A stretch of 63,693 nucleotides of DNA, filler included, from Octopus bimaculoides (lineage: Eukaryota), in assembly GCF_001194135.2 (NCBI RefSeq). It is 5 parts of 5 records of this genome, joined end to end, with 100 filler letters (N's around TTAATTAATTAA, not from the genome) between each part and the next. Parts side by side here need not be neighbours in the genome. Positions count along the whole stretch, not along the records: positions 1 to 26,556 come from NC_068982.1; 4 more parts are not named here. The stretch is one strand, 5' to 3'. Both the position numbers and the translations under genes were made by a program. Positions 1 through 13,152 of the stretch are shown one piece after another. Numbering within the stretch: position 1 is the first letter of the stretch; the number at the start of each line of letters is the position of its first letter. The notes under the pieces are model-generated. The model saw nothing but the letters and a program-made list of their open reading frames with translations. It was not told the origin of the DNA and ran no database searches.

Positions 1-1389
1 TATATATATATATAATGTGTGTGTGTGTGTGTGTATGTGTGCATGCATGCACACATCAGAATATAGACAATATATCTGTATGGCTATAGAAAAAGTAAAA
101 GTATATCAACATATTGTATTCTGTTAGCTTCAACATAACATTTGGAATGCATGCACATATATATGCACACATCACACTCACATTGTCTATACACTTTACA
201 GCTGATGTATATGTCTCCACTGCAGTTTTTCTCTACTTACACTCATATACATAACCCTACTCACACTCACAAATATGTAATAGATTTTTATTATTATTAC
301 TAAAGCTGTCCTCTTCAAAACCCTAGCTTGTATAATAGTTGGATTGCAAATACTATTTCCCTATGATATGGTAGCTTCATTCTATTTCTATTTATGAAAT
401 TTATGTAAATTTCCATTTTAATCAACAAATTATTTTTGTATTTTTGTGTTGATAATATCAACAGAGATATTTAAGTATTGCTTTTAGGTGAACTCTTGAT
501 ATTGTATTTTATTTCAATAAGTTTATTTTTAATTTTAAAATCTACTTATTAAAGAAAATATAAGTAGATATCATTAGGTATGGTTGGGGAAAGTACCACA
601 AATAGACATTGAAGGTGGATAAGGGTCTAAGATAAAAAATATATTACAATGTACATTGTTGTTTGATACTCAATTTCTTTTTATGACAAGTGTTAGATTT
701 TGTTGTATCTGTTTTAAAATATTTCCTGGGTTAACTTTAAATCTTTTGGTTCAATCTTTGTATATCTATATTATAGTTTTCAATATTTCAAGCAGATTGA
801 TATAATTCTCATTTCAAAATATTTCCGAAGTCCACACTTAAAATTTCAAGATCATATATATTTTAATATTCTATGAATATCTATTTTATTGTTTGCCTGA
901 CATTTGCTGATGTATGTCTAAATTGTTTGTTTCTCTTTTGGGCAAAGCTATTCTTCTTTCATATGTGTCATACATTATTTAATTTCTCCTCATGAATTCT
1001 TTTTATACTGTCAGGCCAACTGTTAGATTGTTTGAACTCTACCTTTTAGACACACTGCATCCAACTCATAATATTTCTCACTTTTTCAAAGTTTATTCTT
1101 ATTTATTTGTTTCTGATTGCTGCTATATATAACTGCCATTTTACACAGTCAAACTTATTTGTTTCTTGCAAGAGCAGCAGATGTTCTGAAATTTATAAAT
1201 GTTACAGAGGGAACTCTTCGGAGCAACATACTTGGAGCTAACAATTTGAAAACCTAAATCAATTGTTCCATAAAAAATTTAATAATAAAGATTTTGAACT
1301 CTAAACTACTCAGCTCACATTCAGTTGAGTATTCTAATATGCCAATACAGTTTATTGAAAAATTTGATATGGTTGAAAATATGGTAGTT

Positions 1390-1446
<57 letters not shown>
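1390..1446. repeat. (TAC)n microsatellite
   Basis: Directly visible. It produces the poly-Tyr ORF at 1294..1479. Confidence 0.95.
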
Positions 1447-1447
<1 letters not shown>

Positions 1448-2044
1448 GTAAAACTGAGCTAGTACAAAAAAAACCGTGACTGGTTAATGACAAAAACCAA
1501 TGTGAGTAGTTTTACATTAACATTTATTTAATATCTGAAATTTGACACTTTTTACTACTTTGATTCATGTAAACAGAGATGTACACCTTAATCTCACATA
1601 TGTAGAGCTAAGTGTTGGGTTGATGGCTAATGTTTTCTAGTTTCTAAGTTCTCTTAATGTAGCTTAGAAGAATTTAATATTTTTATTTATTAATATTGCT
1701 CGAGTTTAAATCTCAACCTGTCATACTCCACCCATTCTTTAATTACTGAGTAAACACTTTCTAATCTACCTTAATACCAAACAAAAGTGAATAAAATATT
1801 AGTATATTACAGAAGTAAAAAAAACTGAAAAAAACTGAAATTATAAAAGAACATGCAGTCTTAACTGTAAGTCCAAGTGGGGTGACATCAATGAACCATA
1901 CTTAAGGAGTGCATATATTCCCACCCAGCACACTATAAAGTGGCTGACAAATGAACAAAGACAAAATTGGGTAGGAAGGGCTCTGTAGTCTTTCCAGGGA
2001 CAAGATAACTTCTCTAGTGCTAGTGCCATGATAAAATGCTCCCA

Positions 2045-2232
2045 CTCTACTCTGTAAAGTGGTGGGTATTAGGAAGGACATTTAGCTATAGGCACCATAT
2101 CAAAATGGAATGTGGACATTGTCCCTGACCTATCTATGAAGGTAGTAACTTCCAATAAGAACTGACTTGGATCATCATGGTCCATTGAACCCATGCTAAC
2201 ATGGAAAGAGGACATAAAATGATGTTGATGAT
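2045..2232 (+). mobile_element. Decayed RTE-type LINE 3' UTR fragment
   Basis: Degenerate match (attaggaagg...cccatgctaacatggaaa...aaatgatgttgatgat) to the reverse complement of the tail at 9791-10014. Confidence 0.55.
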
Positions 2233-2624
2233 ATTGCTTACACTCACACACTTCCCCCTCTCTCTTTCTCTCCATCTCAGCAATATTAATAGACATTTGT
2301 TATTGGCAGATATTTGAGACTTTTAGAAATACATAGTGAACATCACAAAACATTCAAAACCTACCCTTGAGAAAAACAAACATAAACAAAAAAAATGCTA
2401 TTAATAACTATTACTTTTTAAAAAGTAATGATAATAAATTGAATAAATAAAAAAAATAGTACAAATAGAGAAAGGAAAAAACAAAGAAAACTTGAATCTG
2501 AAAGTGACAAAAGACCAAGAAATCCAAAGTTCAAAAAGTAACACAATAGTAGGCCTACAGGTCTAAAATTCAACAACAAATATTTTAATATTTCCCTTAG
2601 GTATAAGCAAAATATTGGTTTCAA

Positions 2625-2830
2625 ATCTTGGCTCGAGGCCAACAATTGTAGGAGAGGGTTAAGTCAATTACAATGACCCCAGTGTTCAACTGGTATTTAT
2701 CTTGTTGACCCTAGAAGGATGACAAGCAAAATCAACCTTGGCAAGATTTGAACTCAGCCCATAAAAATGGATGAAATGCTGTTAAACATTTTGCCTAGCA
2801 TGCTCACAGGTTGACCAACTTGCCACCTTA
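2625..2830 (-). mobile_element. Old CpG-depleted SINE of the 'aaggatgaaaggcaaagtcgacc' family
   Basis: Homologous to copies at 15985, 22525, 22773, 23590 and 30320. Confidence 0.75.
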
Positions 2831-3266
2831 AAGCAAAATGTTAAAACACAAAAACTCCCATCTAGAAGGGTTCAACAATAAATATATAATAGATTTACTC
2901 ACACTCACTAACCATAAAATAAAATAGTTTATGTATTAAACTGACATGCTTAAAGTTGAATGTAACTAAGAAACAAAATAAATAAAAGATGAAAAAACAA
3001 ATGTAGAGGAAAAGAAAAGAAATGCACCTCATCTCACTTTCTCTGCTCAGCTTAAAGGTTTATGACTGATTTACATTAGATGAAGTGAAAGTGCATCAGT
3101 GACCAAGTTGCAGAAGTGAAATTTTTGATGCTTCATGATAGAAATAAATGAAAACTGAACCTAATAGTTTTTGGGTGTTAAATGGCTCAGGACTTTTTTT
3201 TTACAATGTAGCTCTTTCAATTTCAATGCACTCATAATTCAACCAAGTCACTTGTAAAACAAGTTG

Positions 3267-5335
3267 TGTTATGGGGTAAAAAGCATAATTCACCTACCTT
3301 GCGGGTCCTCTCATATATCCAACCAGGATATATCCATAGGAGCCCTACCCACCTCAATCTCCAGCCAGTAAATCACCTCAATTCATGTGATCACTGTATC
3401 CATCTCAAGCAGCAGCCTCCAAAGCCTAAGAGGCTCACACAAGTCATCCTTCTGCTCATAAGGCCTTCCACACTCCTCTCCTTCCAGCAAAGCCCCTTGG
3501 TCATTCACATGATGTCACTGACCTTATGCTTCTAACTCACCTCAGCCCTACATGCCCTCCTGATCTCAAAACTCCCCACATCACTTCACTCCATATCAAA
3601 ATCTGCCATCCACCTGGGTGGACATCTCACCCGCTGTTGACCTCTGCAGAGATGTAGTGCTGCACACATCTTCTCTTCTTCCTCCTCCTTCATCACCTGA
3701 TGAATCAACAGTTCTGCAAACATCCAAGACATGATGCAGCATTCCATTCACAGGCATGTTATTTGAAGAATTAATTGCAGTTACTATTCCTTTTCCCCAT
3801 TGCATACAAATGTATAGCATACATTTGGGGGCTTGACCCAGACTTTATCCCCTACCTCTACTGAGGCAGGCTCTCTGTCTTTCACAGATCGCTGTGATAC
3901 CATACATGGATATTGCCATTCATATCTGAATACCACTCTGTGTGGCACTGACTAGGGTAACATATCAAACCAGAATACTGCCTCTATTGCTGAGATATGT
4001 CCCCCTCTCCACCATGACCTTGATTGTGCAGTAGTGTCTCTCCACAATCCCATTTCCACACAGCCTATATGCCACTCTAAAGAAGCAGTTCATGTTCTAT
4101 TTCTTAAGCATTTCTATCAGCTCTTCCAAGCAAAATGCTGTGCTGTTGTCCATCAGCAACTTGTCTACAGGTCTCTGTGAATGGAATGCTGCATCATGTC
4201 TTGGATGTTTGCAGAACTGTTGATTCATCAGGTGATGAAGGAGGAGGAAGAAGAGAAGATGTGTGCAGCACTACATCTCTGCAGAGGTCAACAGCGGGTG
4301 AGATGTCCACCCAGGTGGATGGCAGATTTTGATATGGAGTGAAGTGATGTGGGGAGTTTTGAGATCAGGAGGGCATGTAGGGCTGAGGTGAGTTAGAAGC
4401 ATAAGGTCAGTGACATCATGTGAATGACCAAGGGGCTTTGCTGGAAGGAGAGGAGTGTGGAAGGCCTTATGAGCAGAAGGATGACTTGTGTGAGCCTCTT
4501 AGGCTTTGGAGGCTGCTGCTTGAGATGGATACAGTGATCTCATTCACAATTCAAGAAACTTCATCTGCAATACTTGTCTTGATTTCCTTCTCTATTGCCA
4601 CCACCCCAGTCTGCAGTTGACCATCAAGAGACATGTCCCCTACCAGTAGTGAGTTACATCTACTGCCAGTCATTTCCAGTTGTATTCCGCTGAGATGTTT
4701 CCCACCTAGTGCAGCAGAGGTCAATGGATTGACACCTGTCATAACTTCAGACCGTATTCTAAATGCTGTGTGTCTTGTTCTCTCCCATATGTTATATGGT
4801 ATGCAGTCTTCTTAGCTGACATACTGCAGCTATCTCCAGCTCCGAATCCTCTGGCACTGCCAACCAGGCTTTCTTCATCCTAGTTAGGATGTCCACCTTA
4901 TTCCTTTACAAGGGCACAAAGACTGTGTTCAATTTTAGATTGAATGTGGCAGCTAGCTCTCCCAGAATCCCTAGATGGTACTTTATTAACATCTTTGCTG
5001 CCTCTTTCGTTTGTACCCTCCTCTCATCAGTGATCACTGATCCCACCCATCCAAGCACAATGGCTGACTCAGTTTGCATCTTGATTGTACGCAGCCCCAA
5101 TCTCTGGACCAGATTCACTCCCTTCAACAGTGTGTCCAATTCAACCACATTGATGTGATTGCAATCATCCATTTGCTTGAACCAGGCTGTATCCCACACC
5201 TCAATTCCCCCTATTTCCAGAACAACTTTTGTTGCTATGCTGCTACCATCACACCATCTGGTCTCATTCTCCAATTTGGGTGCATACTAGCTTCCTCTTA
5301 CTAGGTCTTCCACTCTTACAATCTCAAGGTTTGAG
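3267..5335 (-). mobile_element. Decayed Ty3/Gypsy-type LTR retrotransposon: RNase H, integrase, PPT and candidate 3' LTR (3267-3552)
   Basis: Minus strand encodes WCDGSSIATKVVLEIGG...HINVVELDTLLKGVNL (RNase H), NWK*LAVDVTHY, PVDKLLMDNSTAF and AYRLCGNGIVERH (integrase core), and QWGKGIVTAINSSNNMPVNGMLHHVLDV (C-terminus). A purine tract then precedes a 286-nt TGT...ACA segment. Many stops and frameshifts. Confidence 0.85.
3389..4539. repeat. Perfect inverted repeat: 365-nt arms (3389-3753 and 4175-4539) with a 421-nt spacer
   Basis: Compared block by block: no mismatch over 365 nt. ORFs 3596..3820(-) and 4135..4332(+) share an identical peptide. Confidence 0.97.
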
Positions 5336-6364
5336 CTAAGAAAATCACTGGTGACACAGATTTCTAATTTTAATACTTACTTTACTTTTAGAGCTTAATA
5401 TTTTTCAAGATATGCACTAATTAATGATGCAAAAAAATAATCTGCTCACATCTTCCAATTTATATAACTCTTCAATATACCCGATCCATGTTTTCAGAGA
5501 CAAGGAATCCACTCATAATTATTTTAATGACTGGAAAGAAGTAATTTCGAAACTTATTTTGAACTTTAGAAATATATCTGTTGTGAAGAGTGAGAAACAC
5601 TGTCATTGTAAACATCCTATTCAATGCCAAATTTTTGTTGACTCTAACATTAAACATATACCAATGGAACATGCCATATGTCATGGACGAAAATCAGCCA
5701 GTTTAAATGAAAACTTTGCACACGTGGTACCCAAGAATAATGCAAAGTTAATAATTTCAGTAGCATCAAGCTGCACAAAAAGTTGACATTACAAAGTTAG
5801 AGGCTAATGCAATTGCTTTGTAGCAGCTGCACCACAATGCTTTTCAAAATGACAGATGGTTAGCCCAGATACTAATGTTTAGTTTTGGATGTTGCACTAT
5901 GACAAGCTCTGAAAACACACTGTGATATATACATTGGTTATTTTGAAGATTGTGTAAGTTTGGGGTGCATTGAAACCAAACAAAGCAGATGTGTTAACAA
6001 TATTCCATGCATCAACTAGAGAAGACAGTACTGGAAGATTCTATGAACTTGGCAAAATCTATGTAGTTTCAATAGTTAACAGGGCATCTCAGAATTTATG
6101 TAACTGGCTCAAGAAGGTGACCAAACAGAGAAGATGAAAGATGCATTTGCCATCTTTGTATATTTAATGTACTACACAAAAGCTGTCTGTGTATCACATT
6201 TTCTAGATCTAAGGTGGCATCTGTTCTACAAGAATCTGGCAGAATGTAGTAAGTTGCCTTCTACAGCTCATTGAAAATGCATGTGTACAGAGTAGGGTTT
6301 AGTGTCGAGCCACTGCCATATGGCAACTTCTGTTTGACTCAGTAAAACTGGCACTCTATCAGTT

Positions 6365-6530
6365 ACAACAGTGAGGGCTCCAGTTGATCTAATCAATGGA
6401 ACAACCTGCTTAAGAAATTAATGTGCAAGTGGCACAGCACTCCACAAATATGTATACCCTTAACACAGTTCCCAGCCTTGACACAGAATTACAAGGCTGA
6501 TCCTTTGAACTACAAGTACTACTCATTTTT
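6365..6530 (-). mobile_element. Degenerate 3' fragment of the tRNA-derived SINE found at 12763 and 32644
   Basis: gagggctccagttgatc...gtgcaagtggcacagcactccac aligns to 12795-12900. Confidence 0.65.
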
Positions 6531-7491
6531 GTCACTAAGTCATACCTGTTATTAGAATGACCATGGTGAGATATTATGTCCCACTATGAAGGTTCCACCT
6601 GCTCCACAAAGCATGTAGAGTTGGTTATATGTGAAATCAAATCCCATACACAACTTGGAGATGTCCATGCAGAAGGCAAATTTGGCTTACACACTTCATG
6701 TGGAAGTGACTGTAAAAATGGCATAGACTGTGTCAAAAATGATAGGACAGTAGAGATCTGTAAAAGTATATTCTTAAACAATATAAACTTAATAAACTAT
6801 TGTAGAATTTAAAACTAACAAGGCTGCTTTCTTACATTATAGACCCATAATTTATAACTTCACAAGACTTGCTATGTCTATTATGTAATACAGTTATTAC
6901 AGAAATATAAAGACAATAGCTTTCAATTACCTGTGTTTGTTGCTTTTTCTATAATCCTGATCCTATTTTGAGGCCTTTATTGGATTCTATGATCCAGAAA
7001 GCCTGGGTTAAGCATGCTTACATTTCTAGATTAACTAGAAGCTGACTTAGCTCAAAAAATTTATTACATAATGGCAATATTGAAAGCCCCAAATGGCAGA
7101 TGTCTGTGCATTCATTTTTAGATTCTTTATTCTAAAAATGTACAGATTTGTAAATCACCAAGAAATTTTAGCAAAATTATGACAACATCTAACTATCTAG
7201 CTATTTCTCATTTTATGATAATTTTTCCTAATTTCAACCTCAAATTTCCAACTACAGCCATTTTTCCATCAATGGAAGCATTGTTTTCCTGAAAAGCTTG
7301 ACATAGTTATGCAAAACCTGTTCCCCCACATTGACTTCCATGTTATGGAACTTGAAAGTCAGTGTGGAAATAGGTTTTGCATAACTATGTCAAGCTTTTC
7401 AGGAACACAACACTTCCATAATGCAAGGGGTACCTATATATTTATGAAATTTATAAAGCTATTTTTAATCACTTATTTGTTTTCTTTTCAG

Positions 7492-7584
7492 GCTGATCGT
7501 CCAGTTGTTAATGATCTGTTCAAAGATTTATCTGATGGATGCAATCTACTTTCACTGTTGGAAGTTTTAAGTGGTGAAACCCTA
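7492..7584 (+). CDS. DMD: Dystrophin exon, CH1 (human exon 3 equivalent): ADRPVVNDLFKDLSDGCNLLSLLEVLSGETL
   Basis: tttcttttcAG acceptor and GTAAGT donor. 93 nt, phase 0/0, same length as human DMD exon 3. The DLF.DL.DG..LL.LLE.L.G motif is the CH1 signature. Confidence 0.93.
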
Positions 7585-9743
7585 GTAAGTATATATGTGT
7601 GTGTATTCTTGAATTGTTATTCTAAGTTTCATGTTAACTAATTATTCAAACAAATCATTTCAATAATCTGTAATGTGAAACCCATAGTAATGATCCAAGA
7701 AGCTTCAGCTTCTTAAAAGAATTATTATATTTATAATATAGGTGTATGTGTGTGTATATATAATATATATATATAGTAAATGATTAAGAAGTTTGTTTTG
7801 CAGTCATGATTTTGTGTCTTTTTTCTTAGTATGCTTTTCACCATGGCTTGACATTAATCTAAGGTTTATTAGTGAAATTGTGGAGCTGGAAATCGAAATC
7901 CCAGCAGATGGATTGTACATGTAATTCAAAAAGCCATCAGCCTTTCCAGTTAGTTTGTCAAACTGATTTTTGTCCAAATATTATGTGAAAAGTACAAGCA
8001 TCTATGGAATACTCAGCCACTTGTACTCAATGGAATAAATCATCCAGTTGATAAAGCAACTGGAATAATTTTTGTCAAAACTAGTAGAGAATTCAGTTAC
8101 TTCAGGAGAGTGAAATGTTAAACTCTCCTTTATTTCTCTTCAGAGATGACACTTTGAAATAAATGAATGAAAGAAGTTTTCTCTCACGATAAGTGTCCTA
8201 GCATTTTTCACAATTAGTCTTCTCAAAGTACCATATATCTAACTGTTGCAGTTTGTTGAGATAATTTCAAAGTAGAACTGTTGAAATTAAAACATAGAAC
8301 ATATGAATACTTTTTCTGTTATTCAATTTTTATTTTTAATTTCCAGTTAAAGCTAGAACTAGACCTTAAATTTCCAGTTGAAAAAAAAAAAAAAAAAAAA
8401 ATTGTTATCTACCTTTGTAGATAACAATGCAAGGGGGATAATTATTTTTAAAAAATGCTCAATTATTCTCCCTTATTAGATAGCTGTCGGCTTTTTATAA
8501 AAAGAAAAAAAAGAAAAAGAAACAACTCTACTAATTGCTCAAGAAAAAACTGAAGTTAAATATTTTACTGAAAAGCAAATTTTAATATTTTTCTTAAAAA
8601 CATAGATTTAAACCAATGAAAAGATACTTCCTAATAGCATTCTTTTGATAATACTGGTGAAATACCATTTACATGACTATGTGATAACTCTTGCATACTG
8701 TAAACTAGATAAAAATGAATATGCCCATTCTCAAAATAAACCGTCAGTGTGGAATTTTGTTTTATAACTAAGATATATATCTAGAATATTAGATGTATTA
8801 AACTAGTTAGCTTAGTTAACTCCAATGAAGTTTGATAGAACTGTTTATACTTTTTAACTCAACTGGATTTTTTTTTTTTCATATAGTATTTTCTGCTTAT
8901 AATGGATTATAATGTAAACTTATGTTGTATATTTGTGTATTTTTCTCTCACTTCACAATATATTCCTTTTTTTTTATTGCCATTCAATGGTTATCATAAT
9001 TTCATGGGGCTGGTGGTTAATATGCAGAAGCTGTTTTATTCTGATTGAACACAACTGTTTGCTGATGGTTGGTGCTGGGTTGAGATGTTTTGTTTCTATT
9101 TTTGATGAAGTGTTTACTCTGGTGGATCTTTTTAAAGTTTTAGCTGGCGCAATGAATAGTCCACCACTTGAGATTAATGTATGGAATCATTTCCATAAGT
9201 CAGCAATATTTGTAGCTTATGGGTTAACTGTTATAGCTAACTTCAAGCTTAACTCTTCTTAACTGTTTCTCTTTCAGCCCAATGATCACTCTCTTTCTAC
9301 TCTATTCCCTTCCCATATCTTCATTACCTTCTTCCGTTTCCTTTCTTTCTTCTCCCTCCTTTCCTTTCTTTCTTCTCCCTCCTTTCCTTCTTTCTTTCTT
9401 TCACTTCTCTTCCCTTTCTTTCTGTCTCCTTTCTTTCACACCCCATATCTCACCACTATTCCTCTTTCATTTTTCATTCATTAAATCTATCCTGCTAAAT
9501 GTTTCCCACTGTCTTATCTATTTTTTTCTCTTCTAATCTCTTCTTTTATTCCTGCTCTCTCTCTCTTCTTCCAGCCTACCATTCTCTCTTTCCCATTACT
9601 TCTTACTCTTTTCTGTCCCTCCCTTTACCCCATTCTTCTCTTTCCCATTTCACCCCTCTCCATCAGCTTTCTTCTCTACTCCTGAATGAAGCAGCTTCTG
9701 TGTGATCATTTAACCTGCTAGAAATACCAGTGAAACCTCTTTC

Positions 9744-9778
<35 letters not shown>

Positions 9779-9790
9779 CATACATATATA

Positions 9791-10976
9791 TCATCATCAT
9801 CATCATCGTTTAACGTCCGCTTTCCATGCTACCATGGGTTGGACGATTTGACTGAGGACTGGTGAGCCAGGTGGCTACACCAGGCTCCAATCTGATTTGA
9901 CAGAGTTTCTACAGCTGGATGCCCTTCCTAACGCCAACCACTTGGAGAGTGTAGTGGGTGCTTTTATGTGCCACCGGCACAAGGGCCAGTCAGGCGGGTA
10001 CTAGCAACGGCCACNNNNNNNNNNNNNNNNNNNNNNNNNNNNNNNNNNNNNNNNNNNNNNNNNNNNNNNNNNNNNNNNNNNNNNNNNNNNNNNNNNNNNN
10101 NNNNNNNNNNNNNNNNNNNNNNNNNNNNNNNNNNNNNNNNNNNNNNNNNNNNNNNNNNNNNNNNNNNNNNNNNNNNNNNNNNNNNNNNNNNNNNNNNNNN
10201 NNNNNNNNNNNNNNNNNNNNNNNNNNNNNNNNNNNNNNNNNNNNNNNNNNNNNNNNNNNNNNNNNNNNNNNNNNNNNNNNNNNNNNNNNNNNNNNNNNNN
10301 NNNNNNNNNNNNNNNNNNNNNNNNNNNNNNNNNNNNNNNNNNNNNNNNNNNNNNNNNNNNNNNNNNNNNNNNNNNNNNNNNNNNNNNNNNNNNNNNNNNN
10401 NNNNNNNNNNNNNNNNNNNNNNNNNNNNNNNNNNNNNNNNNNNNNNATGTAGGAAGGTATGCATCCTGGCAGAGGCTTTGGATTTAGGTCTCACTTGGCT
10501 TGCCGGGTCTTCTCACGCACAGCATATTTCCAAAGGTCTTGGTCAGAAGTCATTGCCTCGGTGAGGCCCAATGTTCGAAGGTTGTGCCTCACCACCTCAT
10601 CCCAGGTCTTCCTGGGCCTACCTCTTCCACAGGTTCCCTCAACTGCTAGGGTGTGGCACTTTTTCACACAGCTATCCTCATCCATTCTCGCCACATGGCC
10701 ATACCAGCGCAATCGTCACTCTTGCACACCACAGCTGATGCTTCTTAGGTTCAACTTTTCTCTCAAGGTACTTACACTCTGTCTAGTATGCACACTGACA
10801 TTACACATCCATCGAAGCATACTGGCTTCATTCCTTGTGAGCCTACGCATGTCCTCAGTAGTTACAGCCCATGTTTCACTGCCATGAAGCATGGCTGTTC
10901 GTACACATGCGTCATACAGTCTGCCTTTTACTCTGAGTTAGAGGCCCCTTGTCACCAACAGAGGTAAAAGCTCTCT
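9791..10976 (-). mobile_element. 5'-truncated RTE-clade LINE (ORF C-terminus, 3' UTR and (ATG)n tail), spanning a gap
   Basis: RELLPLLVTRGL*LRVKGRLYDACVRTAMLHGSETWA...RWYGHVARMDEDSCVKKC...GRGRPRKTWDEVV. Ends in a (CAT)n run on the + strand. Confidence 0.9.
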
Positions 10977-11159
10977 GTATATATATACGTATGAGTATAT
11001 ATATATGTATGTGTGTATATACATATATATATATGTATGTATATATGTATACATATATGTATATATAACCTGTCATGAAAAATTGTGGGTGGGGTTTATG
11101 TGATTTTTTAATGCACCGCAAAGCTGTCAGTGGATATACTCTCTTTTGAAGCAGTTGGC

Positions 11160-11870
11160 ACTGCATCTAACACGACCCATCATCTGAAATTTTGACACCT
11201 CCTTCAGGTTTGTTTTCCTACATAACTCATAAAGTAAATTTGGAGGGACTGTGGCTGTTCATTTGTGGGTAACAGGGAACCAATGAGGTGATAGACTTGC
11301 CTTTGAACTTTGATGTCGGCATAAATTCATGTTTAACCATCTTCATAGATGCAGTAAACGATGTCATTTGAAATGCAGAGTTGTATTGTTCAGGAAATCC
11401 TTTGACTGGATGGAACTGCCTTCTAGAAGATCCATAAGAGGTTGAGAAGGAGCTGGTCGTGCTGGCAATGTTACCTGACCACCTGAGCAGCACATACCAT
11501 TTGTTTCATTTGAAAATTTGAAACCTCTGCAGAAACAAATCATTTTTATAAGAATGGGATGGAACATATCTGAAAACAGCTTCAGGAGTTGTGAAGAACG
11601 AATTTGTACATAATCTGTTTCTGAGAGCTATTCTATTGGACCTCTGTCTAATCATTAAAACATTAATTTAATGATCCAGCATTAAGTACTGCAGCATACC
11701 TTTGCTGATCTTGGGAAAGTCTCCTCTTCCTTCTCTCTTGAAACTCTGTCTGACATGCTGCAGCATGTCTTTGCTGATCTTGAGAAAATCTCATCTTGCT
11801 TCTCTCTTCATACTCTGACACACACTGACGCACCATTCTGCTGTGGTGGCCATAAAGATGGAAAGTTGCT
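11160..11870 (-). mobile_element. Helitron Rep/Hel N-terminal remnant
   Basis: ETNGMCCSGGQVTLP, YNSAFQMTSF, FMPT.K.QGQVYHLIGSL and LQIYF motifs, preceded by ~69-nt tandem units encoding ERRKRRLSQDQQRYAA-type repeats. Confidence 0.85.
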
Positions 11871-12355
11871 GATGCATAATGTTGTTCACATTAGGGTGTA
11901 AATTATTCATTTATTTCAAATATAATAGAAATTAGACGATCTTAATGCTATCACATTAGAATTAAAAGTGAAAGAATGAAAGTGAAACAATATTATAGCC
12001 TTATCACATTATAGATGATAAGCAGCTTTCTTTATTATAGTACAGATGTGACTAATTTGGCAAAACATTACTTTCATTATTGAAACATCGTCACTCTCGT
12101 AATGCAACACTTTGTAATTTTGATTGAGATTGAAATTATGAAACTATTTTCACTTTCTAATGAAACCTGGTCGTTGTAGAGCAGTGTCTTTCAAATAGAC
12201 TATAGCTGGTTGTTGAGATAACATAGAATATGTGTAAATGAAAATATAGTTTATTTGGTAGCCCAAAAATTACTGAATATTTTGATACCCCACATGTCAA
12301 AATGGGCAACCTAATTTTGGAATGCATAAGGAACAAACACGCATACGCACACATA

Positions 12356-12397
<42 letters not shown>

Positions 12398-12762
12398 ATA
12401 AAGTATGAAACTTCAGAGTTTCTCTGTCATCCGCTATCTTTGTCTTTCATCTTCTATAGAAACTTGTTTTCTGTCTCTGTTTCTTTCTCTTGTCTCTGTC
12501 TTTTTCTTATTTTGTGTTTCTCCCGCTCATTCTGTAAAAACTCATTTGAAGAGAGCAGGAATTGAAAGAAGAGAAAGCGAAAAGGACAGAGATAAAGAAA
12601 GTGGAAGATGTATGGACGTGTGTGTGCATGCGTGCACGTGTGTGAGAGATTGAGTGAGTGAAAGTGTGTGTTGTGATGATTGATGTCTTTTAAGGTACAC
12701 ATATAGAACAAGTGACGTCATCATATAAAATGTTAATGAAACATATGTATGATGGTGTAAGT

Positions 12763-13152
12763 TGTTGTTGTTGTTGGCACTCCGCCGCTTACAACGTCGA
12801 GGGTTCCTGTTGATCCGATCAACGAAACAGCCTGCTCATGAAATTAACGTGCAAGTGGCTGAGCACTCCACAGACACGTGTACCCTTAAAGTAGTTCTCA
12901 GGGATATTCAGCATGACACAGTGTGACAAGGCTGACCCATTAAATTACAGGCACAACAGAAACAGGAAGTAAGAGTGAGAGAAAATTGTGGTGAAAGAGT
13001 ACAGCAGGGTTCGCCACCATCCCCTGCCAGAGCCTCGTGGAGCTTTTAGGTGTTTTCACTCAATAAACACTCACAACGCCTGGTCTGGGAATCGAAACCT
13101 CGCTCCTATGACCTCGAGTCCGCTGCCCTAACCACTGGGCCATTGCGCCTCC
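12763..13152 (-). mobile_element. Full-length tRNA-derived SINE with 14-nt TSD
   Basis: Head with A/B-box-like motifs, (AAC)n tail, and TSD ATGATGGTGTAAGT at 12749-12762 and 13153-13166. Near-identical to 32644 and 54751. Confidence 0.92.

Noticed and set aside
5424-6290. Possible TE-derived coding remnant
   Set aside because: All frames are broken and I could not assign a family.
1-7491. Exon-2 equivalent (VQKKTFTKW.N)
   Set aside because: Not found; presumably upstream of the window.
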